A stretch of 64,000 nt of DNA from Candidatus Omnitrophota bacterium. Lineage in GTDB: Bacteria > Omnitrophota > Gorgyraeia > Tantalellales > Tantalellaceae. The notes beneath the pieces are model-generated. The model did not search any database, had not been told where the DNA came from, and was given only the letters and a program-made list of their open reading frames with translations. Location of the stretch: contig JBDRBY010000081.1 of assembly GCA_043822245.1 (NCBI GenBank), forward strand, positions 10,773 to 74,772. Direction: 5' to 3'. This document shows, piece after piece, positions 27,651 through 37,270 of the stretch. Numbering within the stretch: the stretch's first letter is position 1; every line of letters starts with the position of its first letter. A program made the translations under genes and the position numbers.

Positions 27651-30533
27651 ATGAAACACGCCAGAATAGAAGTAAAAGACAAAAAAGAAATATACGACGC
27701 GGTCGCCGAAGGCCTTAAAAAAGATATAAGAGACCTTGGAATAAAGGGCGTTGACGAAGTTGAATATGCCGTGGTATATAATTTTCACGGAGAATTTTCA
27801 AAAAAAGACTTAATCAATATCTCTGCCGATGTGCTTACCGACAAAGTGTCTCAGGAATATGAATTAACGGACGCTTCCCAGTCAGAAACTAAAAAAGGTA
27901 TCCATATCGTGGAAATCGCTTACAATCCGGGAGTTATGGATCCTGTGGAACAAAGCGCGCTAAAGGCGGTAAAAGACGCGGGTATAAACGGAATCCATTC
28001 CATTACTACTTCAAAAAAATATTCTATTCATGGAGCTCTTTCCAAAAAAGATATCCAAGAGATAACAGAGAGGCTTTTATATAACAAGGTGATTCAGCAT
28101 GTTGTCTCAAGCCGGGAGGAACAAGAAACGTCTGTCTCCTATCGGTTTCAACGGATTGAAGTTGATATCCTAAACGCCGATGACGCTCAGTTGGAGCGTG
28201 TAAGCAGGCAGGGACAGCTCTATTTGAGCCTGATCGAAATGAGGGCGGTGAAGGAGCATTTTAAAAAGCTTAAACGTAACCCCACGGATTGTGAACTTGA
28301 GGTAATAGCGCAGACTTGGAGTGAACATTGTAAACATAAAACAATGATGGGCAGTGTTGAGTTTAACGGATGCCATATCGAAAATTTATTAAAAGACACG
28401 GTAATGAAAGTAACAAAAGAACTTGATAAAACTTGGTGCGTTTCTGTTTTTAAAGACAATGCCGGAATTATTAAGTTTGACGAAGAATATAACGTGTGTT
28501 TTAAAGTAGAAACACATAATCATCCGTCCGCTCTTGAGCCGTATGGAGGCGCGGAGACAGGTGTTGGAGGCGTAATCCGTGACCCTATGGGAACCGGCAG
28601 GGGCGCCAAACCTATCATTAACACCGATATCTTTTGTTTTGGAATGCCTGAAGCGGCATTAGAGTCAATTCCTAAAGGGGTCTTGCATCCGAAGCGCGTG
28701 CTCAAAGGCGTGGTCAGCGGAGTGAGGGATTATGGTAATAAAATGGGTATTCCGACGGTTAACGGCGCGGTTTGTTTTGATGGGAGATATACGGCTAATC
28801 CGTTGGTTTTTTGCGGTAATGTCGGGATAATGCCTGCCAAATTTTCGTTCAAAAAAGTTTCTTCCGGAGATTTGATTGTCGCTGTGGGCGGGAGAACCGG
28901 CAGGGACGGCATCCATGGCGCGACATTTTCTTCCGCAGAACTTACGTCTGAATCGGAAAAGGTTTCAGGCGCGGCAGTCCAAATAGGCAATCCAATAACC
29001 GAGAAAAAAATGTTAGATGTGCTCTTAAAAGCGAGAGATTTAGAGCTTTATGAAGCTATAACCGATTGCGGCGCGGGAGGGTTTTCGAGCGCGGTGGGGG
29101 AAATGGCGGAAGAAACCGGAGCTCTTGTGCGGCTGGAAAATATTCCGTTAAAATACAAGGGGCTCAGGCCCTGGGAGATATGGGTTTCAGAAGCGCAGGA
29201 GAGAATGGTGCTCGCGGTAAAACCGGAAAAGTTAGAAAAATTAATGGAGATTTTTGAAACTGAAAATGTGGAAGCTCTTGTCATCGGAGAGTTTACCGGC
29301 ACAAAAAAACTTCAAATATATTATGAAAAAAATGAGGTAGTTGACCTGGAAATGTCTTTTATTCATGAAGGCCTTCCTAAAATAACTCGCAAAGCTTGTT
29401 GGACGGAAAAAACGCGGGATAACAATATTCTTCTTCCTGAAAAATCCGACCTTACTAATGACCTTTTGGATATACTCGCCTCATGGAATGTGTGCAGTAA
29501 AGAATGGATTATCAGGCAGTATGACCATGAGGTTCAGGGCGGAAGCGTTTTAAAGCCTTTAGTGGGAGTCCACAATGACGGGCCTTCGGACGCTTCGATA
29601 ACAAGGCCGCTATTGAATAGCAATAAGGGAATTATCCTTGCTAATGGGATAAATCCCTTTTATGGAGATATTGATCCTTATTGGATGAGTGCCAGTGTTA
29701 TCGATGAAGCCTTGCGCCAGATTGTCGCGGTTGGTGGAAGAGTCGACAAAACCGCGCTCTTAGATAACTTTTGCTGGGGGAATACGGAAAAACCGGAGCA
29801 GTTAGGCTCATTAGTACGTGCTTCTCAAGGCTGTTACGATATGGCAAAAGTGTACGGCACGCCTTTTATTTCGGGGAAAGACAGCCTTAACAATGAGTTT
29901 AACACGGGGAGGGAAACAATTTCAATACCTCCGACTTTATTGATTTCCGCCATAAGTATTATGGACGATGTTAGAAAATCTATTTCGTCTGATATAAAAA
30001 AGGCCGGTAATTTGATATATGTAATCGGCATAACTTTTCAGGAAATGGGCGCGTCAAGATATTTTTTGTCACGTGGAGAAAAAGGGGGCGCTGTCCCAAG
30101 AGTAGATCCGGGGGAGTCGTTAAAACTTATGAATACGCTTTCTTCCGCGATTGAAAAAGGTGTGGTTTTGTCCTGCCATGACTCCTCTGAAGGCGGGCTC
30201 GCGGTTTGTATCGCGGAAATGCTTTTTTCGGGAGGGTTGGGCGCGCGGATTTCTCTTAAGAATGTGCCCAGAGAAGAATGTATAACGAGAGACGATGTTA
30301 TCCTTTTTTCAGAATCAAATTCAAGGTTTGTTGTTGAAGTGTCGCCAAAAGATAAAGGCAATTTTGAAAACGCTATGAAAGAGACGCCATATGGTTTTAT
30401 CGGTGAAGTTTTAGAAAATAAAGAATTAATCATAAAAGGTTTTGATGATGAAGTAGTAATTAGCGCAGATATCGATAAACTAAAAGAAAAATGGCAAGCT
30501 CCTTTTAAAAATTTAATGCATGAAAAAAAATAA
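27651..30533 (+). CDS. purL: phosphoribosylformylglycinamidine synthase PurL with a fused N-terminal PurS-like domain
   Basis: Residues 1-~85 are PurS-like, followed by the PurM-like AIR-synthase-related duplication (GAETGVGG..., DCGAGG). Confidence 0.9.
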   Translation: MKHARIEVKDKKEIYDAVAEGLKKDIRDLGIKGVDEVEYAVVYNFHGEFSKKDLINISADVLTDKVSQEYELTDASQSETKKGIHIVEIAYNPGVMDPVEQSALKAVKDAGINGIHSITTSKKYSIHGALSKKDIQEITERLLYNKVIQHVVSSREEQETSVSYRFQRIEVDILNADDAQLERVSRQGQLYLSLIEMRAVKEHFKKLKRNPTDCELEVIAQTWSEHCKHKTMMGSVEFNGCHIENLLKDTVMKVTKELDKTWCVSVFKDNAGIIKFDEEYNVCFKVETHNHPSALEPYGGAETGVGGVIRDPMGTGRGAKPIINTDIFCFGMPEAALESIPKGVLHPKRVLKGVVSGVRDYGNKMGIPTVNGAVCFDGRYTANPLVFCGNVGIMPAKFSFKKVSSGDLIVAVGGRTGRDGIHGATFSSAELTSESEKVSGAAVQIGNPITEKKMLDVLLKARDLELYEAITDCGAGGFSSAVGEMAEETGALVRLENIPLKYKGLRPWEIWVSEAQERMVLAVKPEKLEKLMEIFETENVEALVIGEFTGTKKLQIYYEKNEVVDLEMSFIHEGLPKITRKACWTEKTRDNNILLPEKSDLTNDLLDILASWNVCSKEWIIRQYDHEVQGGSVLKPLVGVHNDGPSDASITRPLLNSNKGIILANGINPFYGDIDPYWMSASVIDEALRQIVAVGGRVDKTALLDNFCWGNTEKPEQLGSLVRASQGCYDMAKVYGTPFISGKDSLNNEFNTGRETISIPPTLLISAISIMDDVRKSISSDIKKAGNLIYVIGITFQEMGASRYFLSRGEKGGAVPRVDPGESLKLMNTLSSAIEKGVVLSCHDSSEGGLAVCIAEMLFSGGLGARISLKNVPREECITRDDVILFSESNSRFVVEVSPKDKGNFENAMKETPYGFIGEVLENKELIIKGFDDEVVISADIDKLKEKWQAPFKNLMHEKK

Positions 30534-31386
30534 AGCACTCATACTGCGAACAGCAGGCACTAACTGCGACAAAGAGACAGAGTTCGCGTTTAATTCTGTC
30601 GGCGCGGAAGCTCAGTTAGTACATGTGAAGGCGTTGATAAAAGATAAATCAATGCTTGAGGAGTATCATATCCTCGCTATCCCCGGCGGATTTACCTACG
30701 GCGACGATATCGCGAGCGGCAAAATCCTTGCCAATGAACTTAAATTTGGGCTGGGCGGCGAGCTCTCCCGTTTTATATCTCAGGGCAAGATTATTATCGG
30801 TATTTGCAACGGGTTCCAGGTGCTCGTAAAAATGGGGCTTTTGCCCAATCTAACAGCGAACGCGGCTCCCCAGATAGAAGCAACCCTCAGTTTAAACGAT
30901 TCAGGACGTTTTGATGACAGATGGGTATACCTGAGGAATGTAAAATGTAAAATTAAAAATGTAAAAATAGAAGATGCTGAGTGTAAGATTGAAAATGTAG
31001 GAATGGAAGGTGTGAAATGTATTTGGGCTAAGGGGCTTCCGGATGTTATTTATTTGCCAATCGCGCACGCGGAAGGTAAATTTATACCGAAAGATAAAAA
31101 TGTGTTGGAGTCTTTACAAAAAAATAATCAAATCGTGTTTCGTTATTCGGATAGAAGCGGTAAAGTAGGCGCGGGGTATCCGCATAATCCAAATGGCTCA
31201 GTTGATGATATAGCGGGCATTTGTGATACCACCGGAAGAGTCTTCGGCATGATGCCGCATCCTGAAAGGCACATAACATATCTTCAGCATCCGAACTGGC
31301 GCCGCGTGGGTTTAGGTGATAGAAAGAAAATGGGAATAGGATTAAAAATCTTTGAAAACGGCGTGAATTTCGTAAGAGGACATTAG
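30520..31386 (+). CDS. purQ: phosphoribosylformylglycinamidine synthase glutaminase subunit
   Basis: Class-I GATase: IPGGFTYGDD, GICNGFQ, and a C-terminal HPER. Confidence 0.85.
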   Translation: MKKNKALILRTAGTNCDKETEFAFNSVGAEAQLVHVKALIKDKSMLEEYHILAIPGGFTYGDDIASGKILANELKFGLGGELSRFISQGKIIIGICNGFQVLVKMGLLPNLTANAAPQIEATLSLNDSGRFDDRWVYLRNVKCKIKNVKIEDAECKIENVGMEGVKCIWAKGLPDVIYLPIAHAEGKFIPKDKNVLESLQKNNQIVFRYSDRSGKVGAGYPHNPNGSVDDIAGICDTTGRVFGMMPHPERHITYLQHPNWRRVGLGDRKKMGIGLKIFENGVNFVRGH

Positions 31387-31413
31387 TTCGACTAATGGTT
31401 TCAGAACGATAAA

Positions 31414-31588
31414 GGAAAAATTGAAAAAGATGTAGAGACGCGATTTATCGCGTCTCATACCGATGTTCTGGCCGTGTGGGATGTTGGGGTAAATCTTGCA
31501 AGCAATATTTCCCCCAAACGGCTCGGACATTAATTCGACTAATGGTTTCAGAACGATACCCGTTCTGAAACCAAAGTCTCATTAAGGA
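31414..31588 (+). repeat. Repeat A copy 1: ~175-bp structured intergenic element ending in an SD (aaggag)
   Basis: ~90% identical to 54655-54829. It contains hairpin 1 gagacgcga-ttta-tcgcgtctc and hairpin 2 ggtttcagaac-gataccc-gttctgaaacc. A 25-nt direct repeat ttcgactaatggtttcagaacgata flanks it (31388-31412 and 31534-31558). Confidence 0.8.
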
Positions 31589-31594
31589 GCCAAG

Positions 31595-32245
31595 ATGAAA
31601 AATGAACGTATTGTGAACGATACACCCACGCAAGACCCATGGCGTGTATTTAGAATAATGGGTGAATTTGTGGACGGGTTTGAAGCTTTGAAAGATGTAG
31701 GCAAAGCCATAAGTGTGTTTGGAGCGTCAAGGTTGAAGAGAACGCATAAATATTACGCGTTGGCTGAACACGCGGCAGCTCTTTTTGCCAAAGATGGTTA
31801 TTCTGTTATAACAGGAGCCGGAGAAGGAATAATGGAAGCTGCCAATAAGGGCGCGAAAAAAGCGGGCGGTAAATCAGTTGGCCTTAACATCCTTATCCCG
31901 CTTGAACAAAAGATCAATAAATATGTCAACCTTCCGCTTGAATTTCGGTATTTTTTTGTTAGAAAATTAATGTTTGCCAAATATAGTAAAGCCTTTTTAG
32001 TGTTCCCGGGCGGATTTGGCACCTTGGATGAATTTTTTGAAGCAGTCGCGCTTATACAAACCAAAAGGGTCAAACCTTTTCCGGTAATCCTTGTCGGAAA
32101 AGATTATTGGGAAGGTATGCTGAAATGGATAAAAGCGGCGTGCCTAAAGAACGGAACTATCAGCAAGGCTGATATGGATATTTTTAAAGTGTTGGACAAA
32201 CCGGAAGATATGGTTAAATTTGTGAATTATTTTTATGAAAGATAG
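31595..32245 (+). CDS. LOG family protein (cytokinin riboside 5'-monophosphate phosphoribohydrolase-like; TIGR00730)
   Basis: VITGAGEGIMEAANKGA and PGGFGTLDEFFE motifs. Its RBS is supplied by the Repeat-A element. Confidence 0.8.
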   Translation: MKNERIVNDTPTQDPWRVFRIMGEFVDGFEALKDVGKAISVFGASRLKRTHKYYALAEHAAALFAKDGYSVITGAGEGIMEAANKGAKKAGGKSVGLNILIPLEQKINKYVNLPLEFRYFFVRKLMFAKYSKAFLVFPGGFGTLDEFFEAVALIQTKRVKPFPVILVGKDYWEGMLKWIKAACLKNGTISKADMDIFKVLDKPEDMVKFVNYFYER

Positions 32246-32258
32246 GGGGAGGGCCAGT

Positions 32259-32648
32259 ATGAACGATAATTATAACGACGAAAAAAGAGAATTTTTAAGA
32301 ATAGAGCATGACGCGCCGTTAAATTTTAAAGTACTTAGCGGTGAAAGGCTGATTACAAAATCTGATATTTCTTCGTGTAATATCAGCGCGTCAGGCCTGC
32401 TTTTTAGAACCACGGCTGAAAGTTCGATCCCTGCGCTCTCAAGCATAGTGTGGGTAGAATTGGATGATAAGATGCTGAATGTTTGTGCCGAGATTGAAAA
32501 TGATCTTGTTATTCATAAAAACGGACTTTTTGGAAGAGTGGTTAGGATAGCTGAAGGTGAGCCCGGCAAATCCTATGACATCGGTGTGTGTTTTTTGCGA
32601 AAAAAAGATATGACCGAAGAAGAAATCCACTCGCTTGTAGGAGAGTAA
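32259..32648 (+). CDS. PilZ domain protein
   Basis: The ATG at 32259 is preceded by ggggagg. It has EKREFLRI (RxxxR) and NISASGLLFRT. Confidence 0.6.
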   Translation: MNDNYNDEKREFLRIEHDAPLNFKVLSGERLITKSDISSCNISASGLLFRTTAESSIPALSSIVWVELDDKMLNVCAEIENDLVIHKNGLFGRVVRIAEGEPGKSYDIGVCFLRKKDMTEEEIHSLVGE

Positions 32649-32712
32649 CCCATTGTCATCCCGGAATTTTGCAAAGCAAAATATCCTGGATACATCAACC
32701 AAAGGTATTATC

Positions 32713-32922
32713 ATGGAAACTCTAAAAAACTTTTTTATAGGTCTTTTTGTAATTATCGCGTCTTTCATCCTTCTCGTCGTAATATCGCTTACCTGGCCGT
32801 TTATTTTCGGTATCAGCTCAATCTTGTTGACAATACTAGCCGCGATTCTTCTTGTCGTCCTAATTTTATCAATAATAGTTTTGGTCGGCCACATCACCCG
32901 CAAACTCCTGCGCCGTTCGTAA
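32713..32922 (+). CDS. small two-TM membrane protein
   Basis: Two hydrophobic helices. The start is taken at METLKNFF, because the ORF-track extension to 32653 translates a hairpin repeat. Confidence 0.3.
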   Translation: METLKNFFIGLFVIIASFILLVVISLTWPFIFGISSILLTILAAILLVVLILSIIVLVGHITRKLLRRS

Positions 32923-33111
32923 GCAGAGCGGATAGCGAATGGTGGATAGTGGACGGTGAAGTGTAAATAAGGGGGAAGGGGGATTTCTCCACTAGCCCCT
33001 CGTTGTTAAAGAGGTGAACATAAGGTATGGCTAACCTGGTTAGATTTTTATGAAATAAAAGGTAGATTTTGTTCTGTTTTGTGATACAATGTTGTCATTC
33101 AATGTTAGTTT

Positions 33112-33153
33112 AAACCTGTTTCAGCCTTTGCCGAAGGCAAAGTGGAAACAGGT
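33112..33153 (+). promoter_or_regulatory. strong nested hairpin in the 5' leader of the giant DUF89-domain gene
   Basis: aaacctgtttc-agcctttgcc-gaa-ggcaaagt-ggaaacaggtt. The inner arms resemble the GGCAAAGG/CCTTTGCC palindrome. Confidence 0.4.
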
Positions 33154-33183
33154 TCGTTATAAAATTATGCGAGTTTGTTAATC

Positions 33184-36100
33184 ATGAAAAAGACACATCG
33201 AATAATAGCAGTCATTGTTTTAATTTGTTTCGCGGCCAGTTCTTGTCCATGTCCAGCGTTTTCAAACTCTTTACACGATAACACGCTTAGTGAGACATTA
33301 GCCGTTCCGTCAATATTTGGTAACCTTGTTGGTTTTCAGCTAAAAGATATTGGCAATATCCAACTCGAGCTTCAGGCATATCTTATGCGGACTGGCGAGA
33401 CAACACTTACCATAAAAAAACTTAAAATGGGAACTGTTGTACTGAACGAAAGTACAGTATTCAATCCATCTGACATGCACTTTATTTTTAGCGGAATCCA
33501 GGATTTTCCGGGAAATAATATCTCCGTTGAATGTAGAGTTAAACGAGAAAAGGCATGGAGCGTTCAACAAGAAAATGTATATAGAGTCCCCAAACGAAAG
33601 GTTGAACAATATTACATTGTGTTTTCAAAAACAAAGGACGAAGATAATGGTTTTCCAATTGTTGAGGTATACACGAAAAAAGAATGGGATTGGATACAAA
33701 TACAACTGGCTAAGGGGCTAATAACGGTTCCGCCTAAAAGGATTTCATACAACAAAGAAGACGCGGAAGCTATTGAGAGATACCTTCAGCATGAAAAAGG
33801 TATAGATAAAGCGATTAGTTACGCGCACTACTATAACTTTGTTGGAAAACCTTTTAAGAAAGACTATTATCAAGAACTAATCCACCAAATTTATAGCAAT
33901 CTAAATTTCAGAGTAGAAACTCCGGAAGGCCTTGTGCCAATAGACCGCAGAGATTTTTTTCTGATTAAATGTACCCCTCAAATAAAAAAAATGATGAGAG
34001 ATTTTCCCAAAACTAAGGTTATTGATGAAAACGGCACAGAACATGAAATTATGTATGGAAGCCATTCCAGTAACCATGCTGTACACATCTTTGTTGAAGA
34101 AGAGGTTTTCAACGTGCTTGTAAATGGAAATGTGGGAGAAACTCCGGGTATGTTATCCCTGATCAGAGAAATGAATGGTATCTGGGTAGAATCTTTTTTA
34201 ACAGAAAAGATTGTCCATGAAATAGGTGTTATGGCGGGCTATCCTGTTTTGGAAGTAGACGCGAGCGGCAGACCGATTAATTTGATGGACAAAAGATGGC
34301 AGGAGTATTTCGAGACACACATGACCCCGTCCACAACGTTAGAAGTGAAAGCTGTTGATTTGGATATAACCATTCACAAAAGAGACTATGCGGGAGGTTT
34401 TTCTGAGGAAAAAGAGGTAGCTGTTCTTAGCGGCGAACCTTTGCTAGGGGTAGAAGCGTTACATGCGAAGCAACAAGAATTAAAAAAAGAAGGATGTCTT
34501 CCGTGGGAAAAGGGGGTCAATACAGACGAATATTGGAACGAATTACCCAGGGAGTTAGATACCGGAGTTCCGCCAGAGGTTACGGTAGATGATGTTAGAT
34601 TTGTATTTCCTGATTTTATTCAGCAGATGTGGATTGTTGTACAGGAAATAATTGAAAGTAAGGAATTTGAAGAAAAGGTAAAAGCCGCGTGGGACAACGC
34701 CGGGCATGAAGATGAAACGACGTATTATGAAAGCATTATAGGAAAGTTAAGAGCGCTGAGAGTAAATATTCTTTCAAACTCGCCTATAGAGGCATTGGGG
34801 GAAGGTGTTGATTTTGAGATAAAACAGCGATGGGATGTGGTAATGGGTAAGTACATAGGCAAAAGATGGTTTATGGCGTCAGGCGAAGAATTTGGTCTTT
34901 TTGAGAAGATAATTGAGGATAAGGTGGGAGATAATCCGAAGGAAAAAGAAGATTATGAATTATGTAAAGAAAACTTCAGAAAAACACAAGGATTAGATGA
35001 GGCCAGTGGGAACATTCCATGGCTGTTGGCCGCGGATTACAGGTATGTTAAGATATTAGAGGCTACAGGATATTGGGAAAATGGGGTTGATCCGTTTATT
35101 GAGAAAAAATCCAAAACTTGCGAAAAAGGATGCGAGCTGTTTCAGGAAAAAGTAAACATTAAATCTCTCAAAAAGTGTGAAGAAGCGCATAATTGCGGGG
35201 GTGTTACAGTAGGAATGAGATATTTGTTGGATATCTTGCTTTTAGGTAATATGCTAAGCGATTCTCTACACAAGACAACAGAAAAGAAAAATGAGGTTTA
35301 TCTAATTGATGACAGGAAAAAAGCCCTGAATTATCTGATACATCTAAAAGAATTGACAAACAAAGGAGAAAAAACAGAACTGCATATTCTTCATGACAAC
35401 GTGGGGCTTGAATTAGTTACACTTTTTTGGATTATGGACTATTGCGTAAGGCACAACATTGTCAGCAAGGTTGTATTGCATACAAAAAATTATCCTTATT
35501 GTGTATCTGATGTCGCGGGAGAAAAAGATATTTATTTGCAATTGGATCAGATGACGAAATTTGGAGGTGAACTTAATGAGCTTTCCTTGAGGGTAAAGCG
35601 TTGTATCGAAACAGATAAAAACATAGAGATACTTGAACCTCACTGGTTTTCAACATTGGGCCAGAATTTTGTTGATATGCCAAAAGAGTATTATTCAAAA
35701 CTCGGGAAAGCGGATCTCGTTATGGTTGTAGGGGATAAATGGTATAGAAAACTTTTCGCGAATCGAAATTGGCCGCACACTGAGTCTGCTGAAAAAATTT
35801 TAAGCTATTTGCCAGCGCCTACCCTTATCGTGCGTATGGGAAAATGCCCAATATTAGTTGGAATAGGAATGAAAGGCGCGAAGTTTCTCAGGGATATTGG
35901 TAAATGGTGGGAACCACCCAAATATGGATTAATAGAATTTGTTCTAGGGTACAAGAAAAAAATAGAAAACATGAAACTTTTGGCAAAAGAAATCGGCACT
36001 GAGATTGCCCAGCCGGTACTGGATAGGCCCTATACGTTGTTTACCTGTGGTGACTTTTACGCGGAGAGAAAAGAATATGAAAGTGATTTAGAAAACTATG

Positions 36101-36633
36101 GCAGTATATTTCGCCCGTGTTGGATAGAGTCAGATAAGCCGGATGCGATTATTCGAAACATAGAGGATGCGATAGAAAACAGCCTTGATCCTAACAGTGT
36201 GACAGTTCAACTCCCGAAGGTGTTTTTCGAAGAATCCGGAGCAGGATATATGAGTGAGTTGTGTGCCTTAAGGAAACAGGGTGTCAAGTTTATGGTTATA
36301 AATACGCAAGGCATGAATGGTGAGGGAAGCAAAGAAAAACGAGCTGAATATCGTTTGAGTATATACGCGATGATGCTTTTGGCCAGAAGAATAAACGCGA
36401 AAAAAACAGAGGAGAATAGAAAAATTTACGAACTACTAGAGTTTTTTATAATGAGCCGTCTTGAAGAGAGCCGTAAAATAGATAATATTCAGAATTACAT
36501 AGAGGTTTTAAAACAAGAAAACCTTAACGAAGGTGATATGTTCGTGATAATGAACACAATGCTTTTTTATAAACCGGCAGAAAGATTCGCACTGGATTAC
36601 AACACAATCGCGCCGGCGCTTATTTCAGCATAA
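33184..36633 (+). CDS. large (1149 aa) secreted/lipid-anchored protein with a C-terminal DUF89/ARMT1-like (damage-control phosphatase) domain
   Basis: Signal peptide MKKTHRIIAVIVLICFAASSC. The C-terminal region has HDNVGLELVTLF (cf. DNxGxE of DUF89) and VGDKWYRKLFANRNW (cf. GDxNYRKL...RxW). Confidence 0.6.
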   Translation: MKKTHRIIAVIVLICFAASSCPCPAFSNSLHDNTLSETLAVPSIFGNLVGFQLKDIGNIQLELQAYLMRTGETTLTIKKLKMGTVVLNESTVFNPSDMHFIFSGIQDFPGNNISVECRVKREKAWSVQQENVYRVPKRKVEQYYIVFSKTKDEDNGFPIVEVYTKKEWDWIQIQLAKGLITVPPKRISYNKEDAEAIERYLQHEKGIDKAISYAHYYNFVGKPFKKDYYQELIHQIYSNLNFRVETPEGLVPIDRRDFFLIKCTPQIKKMMRDFPKTKVIDENGTEHEIMYGSHSSNHAVHIFVEEEVFNVLVNGNVGETPGMLSLIREMNGIWVESFLTEKIVHEIGVMAGYPVLEVDASGRPINLMDKRWQEYFETHMTPSTTLEVKAVDLDITIHKRDYAGGFSEEKEVAVLSGEPLLGVEALHAKQQELKKEGCLPWEKGVNTDEYWNELPRELDTGVPPEVTVDDVRFVFPDFIQQMWIVVQEIIESKEFEEKVKAAWDNAGHEDETTYYESIIGKLRALRVNILSNSPIEALGEGVDFEIKQRWDVVMGKYIGKRWFMASGEEFGLFEKIIEDKVGDNPKEKEDYELCKENFRKTQGLDEASGNIPWLLAADYRYVKILEATGYWENGVDPFIEKKSKTCEKGCELFQEKVNIKSLKKCEEAHNCGGVTVGMRYLLDILLLGNMLSDSLHKTTEKKNEVYLIDDRKKALNYLIHLKELTNKGEKTELHILHDNVGLELVTLFWIMDYCVRHNIVSKVVLHTKNYPYCVSDVAGEKDIYLQLDQMTKFGGELNELSLRVKRCIETDKNIEILEPHWFSTLGQNFVDMPKEYYSKLGKADLVMVVGDKWYRKLFANRNWPHTESAEKILSYLPAPTLIVRMGKCPILVGIGMKGAKFLRDIGKWWEPPKYGLIEFVLGYKKKIENMKLLAKEIGTEIAQPVLDRPYTLFTCGDFYAERKEYESDLENYGSIFRPCWIESDKPDAIIRNIEDAIENSLDPNSVTVQLPKVFFEESGAGYMSELCALRKQGVKFMVINTQGMNGEGSKEKRAEYRLSIYAMMLLARRINAKKTEENRKIYELLEFFIMSRLEESRKIDNIQNYIEVLKQENLNEGDMFVIMNTMLFYKPAERFALDYNTIAPALISA

Positions 36634-36760
36634 CATTTTACTCTCCGGAAGCGCGTATTTTTTTGTACCGTTTGCGAATTTTTTACTTTTTATAATTGAA
36701 CTATTACAAAAAAAAAGTACACTTGCAAAGCTAAAACTGCAAACGGTACAAATTGACAAA

Positions 36761-37036
36761 ATGGACCTTAAAAAATACTCACAATACACAAAAGAAAAAG
36801 AGAACAAATTTGAAGCTGTTTGCGCAAGGTGCGGCCAGTGTTGCGGCGCGTTGGATGACCCGTGTCAAAATCTCGCGAAAGATGAAAGCGGCAGATATTT
36901 TTGCAAAGATTACAAAAACCGTCTTGGCCCGCAAAAAACCGCCTCAGGCAATTTTTTCAACTGTGTCCCTATTCGCGAACACATTTCACACTCAACTCTC
37001 AGGCCAGCCTGCGCGTACAAATTATACCAACTCTAA
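36761..37036 (+). CDS. YkgJ-family cysteine-cluster (putative Zn/Fe-chelating) protein
   Basis: CARCGQCC (CxxCxxCC) is the hallmark of PF03692, and the C-terminus carries RPACAY. Confidence 0.45.
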   Translation: MDLKKYSQYTKEKENKFEAVCARCGQCCGALDDPCQNLAKDESGRYFCKDYKNRLGPQKTASGNFFNCVPIREHISHSTLRPACAYKLYQL

Positions 37037-37270
37037 AAATTAAATGCCCACAATTTTCCCCCACTTTGGAAAAGGAGGCAGGTGGATTTTTTGTAAATCC
37101 GGAATAAAATCTTCCCTATCCCCTCTTTGTCAAAGAGGGGGAAGACATATGAATGGTTGTTTTTTGGTGGTATAGTCGCGAATGTACATTTATTTTCTGT
37201 ATTTGGTATAACAGCATGAATCCCCACTCTGAAAAGGAAATAAAGTCGTCACCCCTTTGAAAAATGGATA
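37028..37270 (+). repeat. Repeat B composite array
   Basis: ttcccccactttggaaaagg, cccctctttgtcaaagaggggg and cacccctttgaaaaatgg hairpins. Positions 37040-37078 are the reverse complement of 17140-17180. Confidence 0.7.

Noticed and set aside
36753-37107. Overlapping + strand ORFs 36753-37043 and 36901-37107
   Set aside because: They are alternative frames of the same region. Only the 36761-37036 frame yields a recognisable CxxCxxCC (YkgJ-type) protein. The others are low-complexity.
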